From Malacoraja senta (taxonomy: Eukaryota), in the NCBI GenBank assembly GCA_038087875.1, contig JAXLNO010000252.1, positions 62,001 through 126,000 of the forward strand: DNA of 64,000 bases. The letters are read 5' to 3'. The notes below the pieces were generated by a model, which was given only the letters and a program-made list of their open reading frames with translations, was not told where the DNA came from and made no database searches. Position numbers and translations under genes: made by a program. Below, one piece after another: positions 1 to 12,588 of the stretch. Position 1 is the stretch's first letter. Each line of letters starts with the position of its first letter.

Positions 1-134
1 TTCCCAACTCTTATCGCCACTGTCATGCAGATAGAAAGCGGATATTGCCGCAGAGATGTAGAACGATGGGGGAAAGCACAAGGAATGTTCATGAGAATGA
101 CGCCATAACTGAGAGGATGGAACTCAATGCAAAG

Positions 135-354
135 ATAGACACAAAAAGCTGGAGTAACTCAGCGGGACAGGCAGCATCTCTTGAGAGAAGGAAGGGGTGA
201 CGTTTCGGGTCCAGACCCTTCTTCAGACTTCGGATCTCGACCCGAAATTTCACCCATTCTTTCTCTCCAGAGATGCTGCCTGTCACGCTGAGTTACACCA
301 GCTTTTGGTGTCTATCTTCGGTTTAAACCAGCATCTGCAGTTCCTTCTTACACA
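135..354. mobile_element. Palindromic Penelope-terminus-derived insertion with 15-bp TSD
   Basis: Inverted arms; TSD gaactcaatgcaaag at 120-134 and 355-369. Confidence 0.8.
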
Positions 355-1340
355 GAACTCAATGCAAAGTCTGGGCAGGTCGTGGGATTTTATCTGGAGA
401 ACATGTCAGGAATGATGAGATAGGATTTAAGATTATCAGTGGATTTAAATGGGTGGGGGTGAAATAATATCTGTACTTGTGGGGAGACCAAAAATCAAAG
501 CTGAAATGTAGCATGTTATTCAACAAATACTGAAAGGAATGCAGTCATGAGAACATGGACCTCACTTGCATTGGAGGACTGAAGCCAACAGCTGAGATAA
601 ATTTAAGTGCAAGCAGGATAAACACATTAGGGCTCCTGGAATTTGGGGTATTGTTACCGGTGTGTGGAGAGTAGATGGGAGCGATGATGAGTGGAGCAGA
701 AAACTTGACAGGATAGGATAAGCCGAATTACCTGTCCATGATGTAGAATGGGATGTCATTCTATGGTGAAACAAGGTGGACAAAACAGAGCAAATTCCCC
801 CAAGGGGACCACCCACTGCTGATGGGAACTGGACATAGATGATCAATCTGATGTGTGCACCACGTTCTAGATTTCAATGTTAATCCCCACATTGTGGTCA
901 TGGCTGATCTAGCCCAGGACTGAACTCTTCCTCTTTGCCCCATTCCCTTCGATTACAATTCCCCTAATTTTCAAAAATGTATCCTCCTCTGGGATTAATA
1001 CGTCTAACATGTTAAACCTCTCAGAGTCTCTTGGTTGGAGACTCCCAGATATTCACTGCCCTCTGCCCATTCCATGGTCCTTGGGATCAGATATAGGATC
1101 ACCCGTCATTGTTCTAAACGCTACAGAACACAAACACCTTCCTACATTCCGGCCAGGCAGTCCTGAGATACCATAAATTATGCGGGAGGCCAATTAGTTT
1201 GGGAATAACAACAGCTGATACAGATTAAACATTTACCTAGTTCTGAATTACTGATAAATGCAGCATTTATTTCTGAAATGTCACCCAGCATTTTGTGACT
1301 GTGCACTTTCACTTCACCATACTGTAGTGTAACCCCTCAC

Positions 1341-2874
1341 CTTCAGAAACACCACAATGTCCTTTTGATCCATCTGTTGCTGCAACTTTAAAAGTTCCTC
1401 CTGAATAGATTTTAAATTCTCTTGAATCTCTCCAAGATTTTTCTCCATTGTATTTAGAATCTTCTTCTCTTCCTCTCGGATATCTGCCAGTGCACGATGC
1501 TCTTTCTCAATGAGAATCTGGTGCAGTTCAGCAAACTGGGATGTGATGTTGGACTGAAGGTTGTGTGACTGTTCCTGTGAAATGAAAGGTGAAGATCAAT
1601 ATATAATGTCACTGATTGTGTTTCCTCACGACTTTGACCGTGACATTTGTCCTGTGCATTTTTTTTTGCTTTGGCATTTCAATTCTTTGTCTAAATGTTT
1701 CATAAATATCGTGACGGTAATCTTAGAACCCATCAATCCACTACCCCAATACAATTCCCTGCTGCCAATTCCTTTTCACGTGCCCATTAATTCCCATTGA
1801 TCAACCCACGACCCACTTTCCCAGGGATAATTTACAGTCACCGATTGACCATGAACCAGCGTGTATTGGGGACATGGAAGGAATGCGACGCGGTCACAGG
1901 GAGAAGGCGTGAATCACACGGGCAGCACCCGAGGTCAGGATCGAACCCGCTCGCCAGAACTAGGCGACAGCAGCACTACTTGTGTCACTGCGCTGCCCTA
2001 TTATTACACGCATCACAGGAATCAAATCTACACAAGATCAGGAAATCGAAACTGGAAAGCCTCACCAGAACTCCAGAAATCTTCTGTTTCTGTTGCTGCT
2101 CCAGTACCTGTATCTCTGATTCCTTTTTTGTGAGAGACTGGACGGAAGATTTAATTTGATCCTGGGATTGTGATTGAAAATCAAATATTAAATGTGTTAG
2201 ACAATAAAGAAAGAATTAAACAATAATACACAAAATGCTGGAGTAACTCTGCGGGAGAGTCAGCCCCTCTGGAGAGAAGGAATTGATGACGTTTCGGGAA
2301 GAGACCCTTCTTCAGACTGACATCCTTCTCTCCAGAGATGCTGCAAGCCCCGCTGAGTTACTCTTGCCGTGTTGTACCTATCTTTGGTTTAAACCAGCAT
2401 CTGCAGTTTCTTCATAGACATAGGAATTAAACAATGATGTGATGAAATTCGGTTTGCTTTTACCTTGTATATTTCAACAGCTTCATCTACCAGCATAAAG
2501 CGGTGATCTCTGTGTTCCCGCCCACCTGCACAAATCACACAGATCAGCTTCTTGTCCGTTTCACAAAACAGCTTCAGTTCTTCCTGATGTTCCTCGCACT
2601 GAAGTTTACTTTCCTTCTCTGTCTGATTCAGGCTCAGTGTTCGAACTTTCTCAGACAGTCTCGCCAAGGCCCGATTCACCCTGAGGCTGCGGTCTGTAAA
2701 CTCCTCTCTACATTCCGGGCAGGAGTTTCTCCCCTCCCTGTCCCAACTCTGTGTGATACAGGAGCGGCAGAAGTTGTGCCCACACTCCAGTATAACCGGA
2801 TCGGTGAAGAAATCCAGGCAGATGGGACATGATGCCTCCTCAGTTAAACTCTCGACCTGGTCTTTCGCAGCCAT
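1341..2874 (-). CDS. TRIM-A: tripartite-motif protein (RING, B-box2, coiled coil), exons 1-3: 2464-2874, 2066-2161, 1341-1574; downstream exons lie left of the window
   Basis: [40 protein letters not shown] (C3HC4 RING) and [23 protein letters not shown] (B-box). Exons of 411/96/234 bp have GT-AG boundaries and the same sizes as in TRIM-C. Window base 1 matches intron 3 about 100 bp before exon 4 in the paralogs. Confidence 0.92.
1800..2000 (-). mobile_element. tRNA-derived V-SINE-like element in TRIM-A intron 2 (paralog 35423-35620 plus)
   Basis: B box GGTTCGATCC followed by a V-domain-like gtgtgattcacgccttctccctgtgacc segment. Confidence 0.65.
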
Positions 2875-2982
2875 TTTAACTTCTCCCACTTCCTGGTTCA
2901 AAGCGCACTCCCTTTCGCGCAACTGCCGAATCTCTGCAGTATCGCGAGTGTCTACTGCACACGCTGCCGTCTCAGGGATCAG

Positions 2983-2992
2983 TTATATAAAA
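2983..2992 (-). promoter_or_regulatory. Candidate TATA box of TRIM-A
   Basis: TTTTATATAA on minus about 110 nt upstream of the ATG in a CpG-containing segment; an ETS-like CAGGAAGT precedes the ATG in both A and C. Confidence 0.35.
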
Positions 2993-3510
2993 CAGCCCTG
3001 AATAGCGCTTGCGGTAGTCGAAGGCAGAACAGATAGCTGGAAAGATTTGCGTGGATGTTGCCAGGGCTCGAGGTCACTAGCGAAAGGGAGACGTTGGGCA
3101 GGGTAGGACTTTATTCCTTGGAGCGCGGGAGGCAGCGGGGTAATCTGATAGAGGTGTATACGATCATGAGGGGATTAGATGGCCTATTTCCTTCACTCCA
3201 TAGATGCTGCTGCACCCGCTGAGTTTCTCCCGCACTTTTCTCTACTAGAGGAGGTAGATGAGGTCAGAACTATAACAGCATTTAAACGCCGTTTTGACAG
3301 GTTCGTGGATGGGAAAGGATAGAGGAACATGGGCCAAACGCGGGTTGGTGGGATTTGTGCTGATGGGGCATCTTGGTCGGCACGGGCAAGTTGGGCCGAA
3401 AGGCCTGTGTCCGTGCAGTGTGACTCTGTGAGGAAGGGACAGGGCCGGCGCTAACGAGGCCTCGGGTGTAACTGACTTGCTCCTGTTGGGCAGTGGAACC
3501 CACCGCCCGC

Positions 3511-3588
3511 ACCTCCGTTCACAGCCCTGGATCAGGATGGACCCAGACCTCCGTTCACAGCCCGGGATCAGGATGGACCCAGACCTCC
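3511..3588. repeat. 36-bp tandem duplication
   Basis: acctccgttcacagccc(t/g)ggatcaggatggacccag x2. Confidence 0.8.
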
Positions 3589-5123
3589 CTCCGGCTTCAT
3601 TCTAATCCCCGTCACTGCACCTGCCTCTCATACACCAGTCTTCAGCTCACACCTACCCTCGCCGACAATGGGTCTACCTAGGCACCATTTGCCATTTGCC
3701 CTCTTCCCTTCTCCCCTGAAGTGTGAAAACGCACTCCCCCAGATTCAGGGACAGGTTCTTCCCAGCTGTTGTCAGGCAACTGAATCATCCAACTGCAACA
3801 AGAGCTGAACTACTATCTTCCTCGGTCTATCCTTGATCGGACTTCACTGGCTTTAACTTGACTTAAACTTAATTCCCTCAACTTGTATCTTTCCACTGTA
3901 AATGTCTCGATTGTATTTCCAATGACTGGATAGCACCCAACAAAAAGCTTTTCACTGTACCTCGTTACACGGGACAATAAATTAGATGAAATTAAACTAT
4001 ACTTGCGGCCACCTCTAATTGGTCCTGGAATTTCCTCGCCTCCAGCTCTCCACCCCCACCCCACTAGTCTGAAGAAGGGTCCCGACCCGAAACGTAACCC
4101 ATCCCTTTCCTCCAGAGATGCCGCTGGGTTACTCCAGCATTTGTGCCCACGTTTGGTATAAACTCGCATTTGCAGTTCTTTGTTTCAACACCAAGTCTCA
4201 GAGCTTCTTATGTCACGGCAGAGGGCGGCGATCAAAGTCCGACCTCGTGGATTAGGGAGAAGGAAGGAAGCAACAGGGGCAGATGATCAGGGTGGTAAAA
4301 ATGTCAAGGTATTGGACCTTTCAAATGTAATGCAGTCACAGTGTCATGAATTCCATTCAATTTAATAGATTAATTCAATGGAGATATTCAATGTCACTTC
4401 ACTGAATTTGGATAATTTGCACAACATGTAACATGCACAGGAATCTCATCAAAAATTGTTTTCATCTGAATTAAGTGCCTTGGAGCTTCTAATACTGTGT
4501 TGGAAATAATACCCAAAATGATAGGAATACACAGCTTGCTTTTAAACTCCGATTTTGAATACCCTGTGTGCAATTAGCAATCACAACATTTCCTGCATTG
4601 TAAAATTGTGGTTGCATTTCAAAATTATTTTGTCAGTAAAGCACTTTGGAGTTTCCGATGAGAAATGTGAGGATATTGTGTGAATGCAAGAAGGCTCTTC
4701 GTTGCACGAACTCGAGCTTGGAAGAAACACTCCATCTCCAATGCTGAAAAGTTGTGAGTAGACAAAGTAGCCGAAGGTGTCCGTGGGCTTGGATTGGAAA
4801 TTGGTCGCTCGCCCTTGGCCCAGAAATGGAGACAGAGTCGCTGAGAAATGGAGGGGGACATTTGGAAACCAAACAGAGGAATGTGGGAAATAATTGTGGA
4901 GGACATGAAATCTTAAAGCGATGAACGAGAGTATGAAGCAGCACCGATACAGACAGAGAGTCATTGAGTCATAGAGCATGGAAACAGAACATTCGGCACA
5001 TTTGTTCCATGCCGACCAAGATGCCCCATCTAAGCTAGAATCATTTGCCGCGTTTGGCCCATGCCCCCCCTGTTAATCTTTCCTTCCATGCACCTGTCCA
5101 AATGTTTTTTAAATGCTCTGACA

Positions 5124-6895
5124 TTCAATTCAATTCAATTCAATTCCATTATTGTCATCTTGCAAGCAACAGTTGTGCAGTGCAAAACGAAAAGACGTTT
5201 CCCAGGGAATACCGGAGCATCGCACATGACGTTTAAAACATTTCACACATAATAATAATGATAACAACACTAAAACAATCCAGTCCCTGATGGAACAGTA
5301 TAAGTTAAAATAGATTCAAACAATGTTAAAATACAGTAAGACCAATCATAAACATGTCCGGGTGGCTGATTTGAGTGGCCAGTGCCAGTTATTGAAGTGG
5401 CCAGTGCCAGTTATTATAGTGTCCGTGCCAAGCCGCAGAATCAGGTGACTGTGAGTACAGAGTGGCTGTTTAGCAGCCTCACAGCATATGGCAGGAAGCT
5501 GTTTAGCAGTCTTGTAGTCCGGGCTTTGATGCTGCGAAATCTCTTGCCTGATGGCAGGAGATCCAGGTGTATGTGGAGGGGGTGCATTTTGTCCTTGGCA
5601 ATTTTTTGAGCTTTTTTCCGACAGCGGCTCAGGAACAGTTCTTGTACCGAGGGTAGGGAGACGCCAATGATCTTCTCTGCTCCCCTCACTACCCTCTGCA
5701 GAGCCTTCCTGTCCGAGCAGTTGCAGGTGGAGTACCACGTATTTAAACAGTACGTGAGTACAGACTCCACCGTACCCCTGTAGAAAGTCCTGAGGATGTT
5801 GGTGGGGATTGAGGCCTGTTTTAGTTTCCTCAGGAAGTGCAGTCGCTGATGGTCCCTTTTGACGGTCCCAGTGGTGTTTCTGGACCAGGTGAGACTGTCC
5901 GTAATTTGCACCCCGAGGAACTTTATGCTCTCCACTCTCTCCACTGTGGCGCCACTGATGTTAAGGGGTGCATGCTTTGGCTGCGCCCTCCTGAAGTCGA
6001 AAACCATCTTCTTTGTTTTTTCCACATTTATTTCTAGATTATTTTTGCCGCACCAGTCCACTAGTTGTTTTACTTCCTCCCTGTACATTGATTCATCATC
6101 TCCGCTGATGAGTCCCACCACTGTTGTGTCATCCGCAAATTTTATGATCATATTGTCCCTGAATCTGGCCGCACAGTCATGTGTGAGCAATGTGAACAAC
6201 AGCGGGCTGAGCACACAGCCTTGAGGTGAGCCGGTGCTCAGCGTGATCGAGCCTGAAGTGTTCTTGCCCACACGGACTGACTGCGGTCTCTCTGTCAGAA
6301 AGTCCAAGATCCAGTGACACAGGGTGGTGTTGAGGCCCAGCAGGGTTAGTTTCTCCACAAGTCTCTGTGGGATGATGGTGTTGAACGCAGAGCTGAAGTC
6401 AATGTACAGGATTCTGGCGTATGTGTTACTTTTTTCCAGATGCGTGAGCACTGTGTGCAGCGTGGTAGAGATGGCGTTCTCTGTAGAACGGTTGGGGCGA
6501 TAGGCAAACTGGAGGGGGTCTAACGATGAGGGGAGGCTGGCAGTAATGTGGGGTTTCACCAGGCGTTCAAAACACTTCATTATTATTGGGGTCAGGGCGA
6601 CAGGGCGGTAATCATTTAGGCAGGCCACAACTGGTTTCTTCGCTATTGGGATAATTGTACTCGTTTTGAGGCATGTGGGGACAATGGCTTGACTGAGGGA
6701 GATGTTATAGATGTCCGTTAGCACATATGCTAACTCCTCAGCACATTCCTTAAGCACACGTCCTGGCATGTTATCGGGTCCGACTGCTTTCCACGGGTTG
6801 ACCTTAGACAGGATTCTCCGTGTGTCCATCGGGTCCATGGTCAGTACTGCCTGGTCTGTTTGTATGCGGGGACTTGCTCTCCCCTTGGGTGTGGT
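5124..6895 (-). mobile_element. Rex1/Babar-type non-LTR retrotransposon, 5'-truncated, 465-aa open RT frame
   Basis: [48 protein letters not shown]; (TTGAA)n tail at 5124-5147. Confidence 0.88.
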
Positions 6896-7558
6896 GATCG
6901 GAGGTGTTCGGCGAAACGATCGCCAAGCCTCCGCTTGGTCTCGCCGATGTAGATCTGCTGATATCTAGAGCAGCGGATGCAATAGATGAGGTTGGAGGAG
7001 ATGCAGGTGAACCACTGTCGCACCTGGAACGACTGCTTGGGTCCTTGAATGGAATCGAGGGGGGAAGTTAAAGGGACAAGTGTTGCATCTCTTGCGGTTG
7101 CAAGGGAAAGTACTCGGGGAGGGGGTGGTTCGCCGAACACCTCCGATCGGTCCGCAATAACCTACCTGACCTCCCGGTGGCTCAGCACTTCAACTCCCCC
7201 TCCCATTCCGTATCTGACCTCTCTGTCCTGGGTCTCCTCCATGGCCACAGCGAGCAACACCGGAAATTGGAGGAAATGCACCTCATATTCCGCTTGGGCA
7301 GTCTACATCCTGGGGGCATTAACATTGAATTCTCCCAACTCTGCTAGCCCTTGCTGTCCCCTCCCCTTCATCAGCCCTCTGGTTGTCTCCTCCCATCCCC
7401 CAGCCCTCTGGCTCCTCTTCCGCCTTTTTTCCTTTTGTCCTTTCTTCTCCCCACCCCCTATCACTCTGAAGAAGGGTTTCGGCCCGAAACGTTGCCTATT
7501 TCCTTCGCTCCATAGATGCTGCAGCACCCGCTGAGTTTCTCCAGCATTTTTGTGTACC
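6896..7558. mobile_element. Penelope-like element fragment with internal inversion (6896-7128 minus, 7129-7558 plus)
   Basis: GIY-YIG motif [34 protein letters not shown] on minus continues on plus from 7129; terminal repeat at 7460-7558. Confidence 0.8.
7466..7495 (+). ncRNA. Putative minimal type I hammerhead ribozyme motif in a Penelope terminal repeat (representative copy)
   Basis: CTGAAGA-AGGGT-TTCG-GCCC-GAAA-CGTT: CUGANGA core, stem II hairpin, GAAA, palindromic ACGT. Confidence 0.55.
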
Positions 7559-7819
7559 ATCCCCAATCAGTACCCCGTTCCTGCCTTCTCCCCATATCCC
7601 TTGATTCTTCCAGCCCCAAGATTTCTCTCACTCTATTTTGAATGTATCCAATGAATCGGCCTCCATTTCCTTCTGAGGCAGAGGATTCCACAAACTCACA
7701 ACTCTCTGAGTGTAAAAGTGTTTCCTCATCTCTGTTCTAATGGGTAGCCAGTGTGAGATGAGACCAACATTGGTTGAAAAAATCGTCCCGAGTGTAGAGG
7801 ATAGTTTTAGTGTACGGGT

Positions 7820-8275
7820 CATCGAGAATTGATCGACTGGGCTAATATTCACTGGAATTTGGAGGGATGAGAATGTATCTTATAGAATCATATACATTTT
7901 TTTGGCGGATTGGACTGGCTGGATGCAGGAACAATTTTCCCGGTGTTGGGAAAATCCAGAACCAGGGGGTCACAGTTTGAGAATAAGGGGTAGGTCATAT
8001 AGGACTGACATGAGGGAGAACTTTTTCTGCCGGAGAGTTGTGGATCTGTGGCATTCTCTCCCGCCGAAGGCAGTAGAGGGCAATTCACTGGGTGTATTCA
8101 AGAGCGAGTTAGATATAGCTCTTAGCGTTCATGGAATCAAGGGATGTGGGGGAGAAAGCAGGATCAGGGCACTGGTTTTGGTTGATCAGCGATGATCATA
8201 TTAAATGGCGATGTTCGTTCGAAGGGCCGAATAGCCAACTCCTGCGTCCATTTTGCATGTTTCAATGTTTCTACG
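7820..8275 (+). mobile_element. CR1 3' fragment
   Basis: GHSLRIRGR...RRVVDLWHSLP plus 3' UTR. Confidence 0.75.
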
Positions 8276-9309
8276 ATTCTATGGCGGCATTTTGTAGAGT
8301 GAATCCATTTATCTGGGATGGAACAAGATTCTCATGAACTGGGCAAATGGGCGGATAGAAGGCTGACTCATTTAACTCGGATAAAAATGATGCAAATTGG
8401 TAAAACAGGCCAGGGCAGATCATACGCATTAAAAAGTTGTTTTTAGCAGAGTAGAGAGACATTGGAATGCAGACACACAGCTCCATGAAAATTGCATCAG
8501 GGATGGACAGGGTGGTGACGAAGGCGTTTGGCACATTTACTTGGTCCGTGAGGGAATGAAATACAGGATTTGATACAACTGTACAAGACACGAGTGAGAT
8601 CCACACCTCCAGATTCAGGGACAGTTTCTTCCCAGCTGTTATCAGGCAACTGAATCACACTTCCACAACCAGAATGCAATGCTGAAATATTATCTATCTC
8701 TTTGGTGACCCTCGGAATGTACTTCATCGGATTTTTCTGGCTTTAACTTGCACCAAACGTTGTTCCCAGTTATCATGTATCTATACACTGGAAGTGGCTT
8801 GATTTTCTGCTAACTGGACAGCACTAAACAAGAGCTTTTCACTGTAGCTCGGTACACGTGACAATAAACTAAACTGAACAACTGAACTGACTGCATTTAT
8901 AGTACCTCCCCCCTCACCCCCATGAAGGGATCACAGCCGTCCTTCCAAATGAGACAGAGGTTCACGGTCACCTCATCTACTGCACCTTCTATTCCTGGTG
9001 ACGCCTGGTGCACATTCGTGTGAAAGTCCAGATTCGCCGACCATTTGGCTGAACACTTGCACTCGGTCCGCCAAGGGCTGCCGGATGCCAACAATTTTAA
9101 CTCCTCTTCCCATTCCCGCGGTGACCTTTCTGTCCTGCGCCTTCTCCATTGACAGAGTGAGACCATAAACAAACTGGAGGAACAGTGCCTAATATTCCCA
9201 ACAGCATCAATATCAGTATGTTTTTTATTTGCAGCAGGACTGACAGGATCAGGGCAAATTTCGACCAGAGACTCGGAATGCGAACTCATGTCCTCGTAGG
9301 GGGGCGATT

Positions 9310-9900
9310 ATAGTTCCCATAGTGCGTTCGGCCGAACGCACTACTCTCTGCAGAACCTTCCTGTCCTGGGCAGAGCTTATCCCAATCCAGATTGTGATGT
9401 TGCCGGACAAGATGCTTTCTACAGCCTCAGAGTAGAAGCACTGAAGGATCCTCAGAGAGACTCTGAATTTCCTCAGCAGTCTGAGGTGGTAAAGGCGCTG
9501 CCTTGCTTAACTCACCAGTGTGTTGTCCATGTCAGACCCTCTGTGTTGTGGACTCCCAGGTATTTAAAGCAGCTCACCCTATCCACAGTAGCCCTATTTA
9601 TCTCCAGTGGCGTGTACGTCCTGGGATGTTGTGTCCTTCTAAAGTCCACAATCATCTCCTTTGTTTTTGTGACATTCAAGAGGAGGCTGTTGTCCCGACA
9701 CCAGAGTGCCAGATCAGCCACCTCCTCCCGGTAGGCCTTCTCATCATTATCAGAGATCAAGCCCACCACCACAGTGTCATCAGCAAACTTGATAATGGAG
9801 TTGGAGCTGAACCTGGCCACACAGTCATGTGTGTACTGGGAGTACAGTAGGGGACTAAGGACGCATCCCTGGGGGGATCCTGTGTTCAGGGTGAGGGACT
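9310..9900 (-). mobile_element. Rex1/Babar-type LINE fragment
   Basis: [34 protein letters not shown]. Confidence 0.75.
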
Positions 9901-10211
9901 GATTTAGGATGATTCAGTTGCCTGATTACAGCTGGGAAGAAACAGTCCTTGAATCTGGAGGGGCGCCTATTCACGCTTTAAACAAGCGAATGGGATACAA
10001 AATTCACCTGAAGGTTGGATTCCGAAGGCGATGGTAGAGGGTTGCTCTCAGAATGAAGACAGGCGGCAGATGGTTTGCCGCAGGGCTCGGTGCTGGCTCA
10101 AATGGTGACCATTTTACAATGTGAACCATTTGGATGTGTATGTAGGTGGCATGGTTATATCGGCACATAGAAAATAGGTGCAGGATTAGGCCATTCGGTC
10201 CATCGAACCAA

Positions 10212-11667
10212 GGGTAGCTAATGTAACCCCCCTTTTTAAAAAGGGAGGGAGAGAGAAAACGGGGAATTACAGACCAGTTAGTCTAACATTGGTAGTGGGG
10301 AAACTGCTAGAGTCAGTTATTAAATATGGGATAGCAGCACATTTGGAAAGTGGTGAAATCATTGGACAAAGTCAGCATGGATTTACGAAAGGTAAATCAT
10401 GTCTGACGAATCTTATAGAATTTTTCGAGGATGTAACTAGTAGAGTGGATAAGGGAGAACCAGTGGATGTGTTATATCTGGACTTTCAGAAGGCTTTCGA
10501 CAAGGTCCCACATAAGAGATTAGTATACAAACGTAAAGCACACGGTATTGGGGGTTCAGTATTGATGTGTATAGAGTACTGGCTGGCACACAGGAAGCAA
10601 AGAGTAGGAGTAAACGGGTCCTTTTCAGAATGGCAGGCAGTGACTAGTGGGGTACCGCAAGGCTCAGTGCTGGGACCCCAGCTATTTACAATATATATTA
10701 ATGATTTGGATGAGGGAATTGAATGCAACATCTCCAAGTTTGCGGATGACACGAAGCTGGGGGGCAGTGTTAGCTGTGAGGAGGATGCTAGGAGGCTGCA
10801 AGGTGACTTGGATAGGCTGGGTGAGTGGGCAAATGCATGGCAGATGCAGTATAATATGGATAAGTGTGAGGTTATCCACCTTGGTGGCAAAAACAGGAAA
10901 GTAGACTATTATCTAAATGGTGACCGATTAGGAAAAGGGGAGATGCAACGAGACCTGGGTGTCATGGTACACCAGTCATTGAAAGTAGGCATGCAGGTGC
11001 AGCAGGCAGAGAAGAAAGCGAATGGTATGTTAGCATTCATAGCAAAAGGATTTGAGTATAGGAGCAGGGAGGTTCTACTGCAGTTGTACAGGGTCTTGGT
11101 GAGACAACAGCTGGAGTATTGCGTACAGTTTTGGTCTCCAAATCTGAGGAAAGACATTCTTGCCATAGAGGGAATACAGAGAAGGTTCGCCAGATTGATT
11201 CCTGGGATGTCAGGACTTTCATATGAAGAAAGACAGGATAGACTCGGCTTGTACTCGCTAGAATTTAGAAGATTGAGGGGGGATCTTATAGAAACTTACA
11301 AAATTCTTAAGGGGTTGAACAGGCTAGATGCAGGAAGATTGTTCCCGATGTTGGGGAAGTCCAAGACAAGGGGGTACAGTTTAAGGATTAATGGGAAAAC
11401 CTTTAGGACCGAGATGAGAAAAACATTTTTCACACAGAGAGTGGTGAATCTCTGGAACTCTCTGCCACAGAAGGTATTTGAGGCCAGTTCATTGGCTATA
11501 TTTAAGAGGGAGTTAGATGTGGCCCTTGTGGCTAAAGGGATCAGGGGGGTATGGAGAGAAGGCAGGTACAGGATACTGAGTTGGATGATCGGCCATGATC
11601 ATATTGAATGGCGGTGCAGGCTCGAAGCTACTCCTGCACCTATTTTCTATGTTTCAATGTTTCTATG
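10212..11667 (+). mobile_element. CR1-type LINE, 5'-truncated, RT domain plus 3' tail
   Basis: [47 protein letters not shown]; tail tttctatgtttc. Confidence 0.92.
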
Positions 11668-12366
11668 AACCAGCACCGCCATTCAATGTAATCATGGCTG
11701 ATCATCCACAATCAGTACCCCGTTCCTGCCTTCTCCCCATATCCTTTGATTCATCTAACCCTAAAGCTCTATCCGACTCTCTTTGGAATGCATCCATTGA
11801 ATCGACCTCCATTGCCTTTTGGGGCAGAGAATTCCACAGATTCACAGGCCTGGGTGAAAAATGTTTGCCTCATCTCAGATCTAATGGTTATTAAATTTGT
11901 TAAATCAATTGTCCCTTGCGTGTAGGATAGTGTTTGTGTACGGGTGATCGAGAATGGATCGATTGGGCTTATATTTGCTGGAATTTAGAATGATGAGAGG
12001 GGATCTTCTAGAAACATAAAACATTCTTAAGGCATTGGACAGGCTAAATGCAGGAAAAATGTTCCCTATGTCAGGGGAGTCCAGAACCAGAGGTCAAGTT
12101 AAGGAATAATAGACAATAGACAATAGACAATAGGTGCAGGAGTAGCCCATTTGGCCCTTCGAGCCAGCACCTCCATTCCATGTGATCATGGCTGATTATC
12201 CCCAATCAGAACCCCGTACCTGCCTTCTCCCCATATCCCCTGACTCCGCTATTTTTAAGAGCCCTATCTAGCTCTCTCGAGAAGGCATCCAGAGAACCGG
12301 CCTCCACCGCCCTCTGAGGCAGAAAATTCCACACTCACCACTCTGTGAGAAAAAGTGTTTCCTCGT

Positions 12367-12573
12367 TGTAGATTGATGATGCATGTGAATCAATCACACT
12401 TAGCCAGCATCACTAACTCCACCCCATTATAACATTTATACTAACGCCCATTCTCTGCACCGTTAGTTGAAGCAGCTAGGATGAACCGACAAACACCTCG
12501 TTTTGTAATGCTGCCAAGTTACTGTGCTGACTAAAGATGGGTGTAAATCTTATACAGTTTGATGTGATTTACA
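12367..12573 (+). repeat. 5' LTR of Gypsy element
   Basis: tgtagattgatgatgc...gtgatttaca; direct repeat of 15996-16200. Confidence 0.93.
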
Positions 12574-12588
12574 TGGCGTCAGAAATGG
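12574..12588 (+). promoter_or_regulatory. Primer-binding site (tRNA-Leu-like)
   Basis: tggcgtcagaaatgg directly follows the 5' LTR and resembles TGGTGTCAGAAGTGG, the complement of the tRNA-Leu 3' end. Confidence 0.65.

Noticed and set aside
1797..2159. ORFs conserved with 35263-35577
   Set aside because: Antisense to TRIM exon 2 plus a SINE; the conservation simply reflects the duplication.
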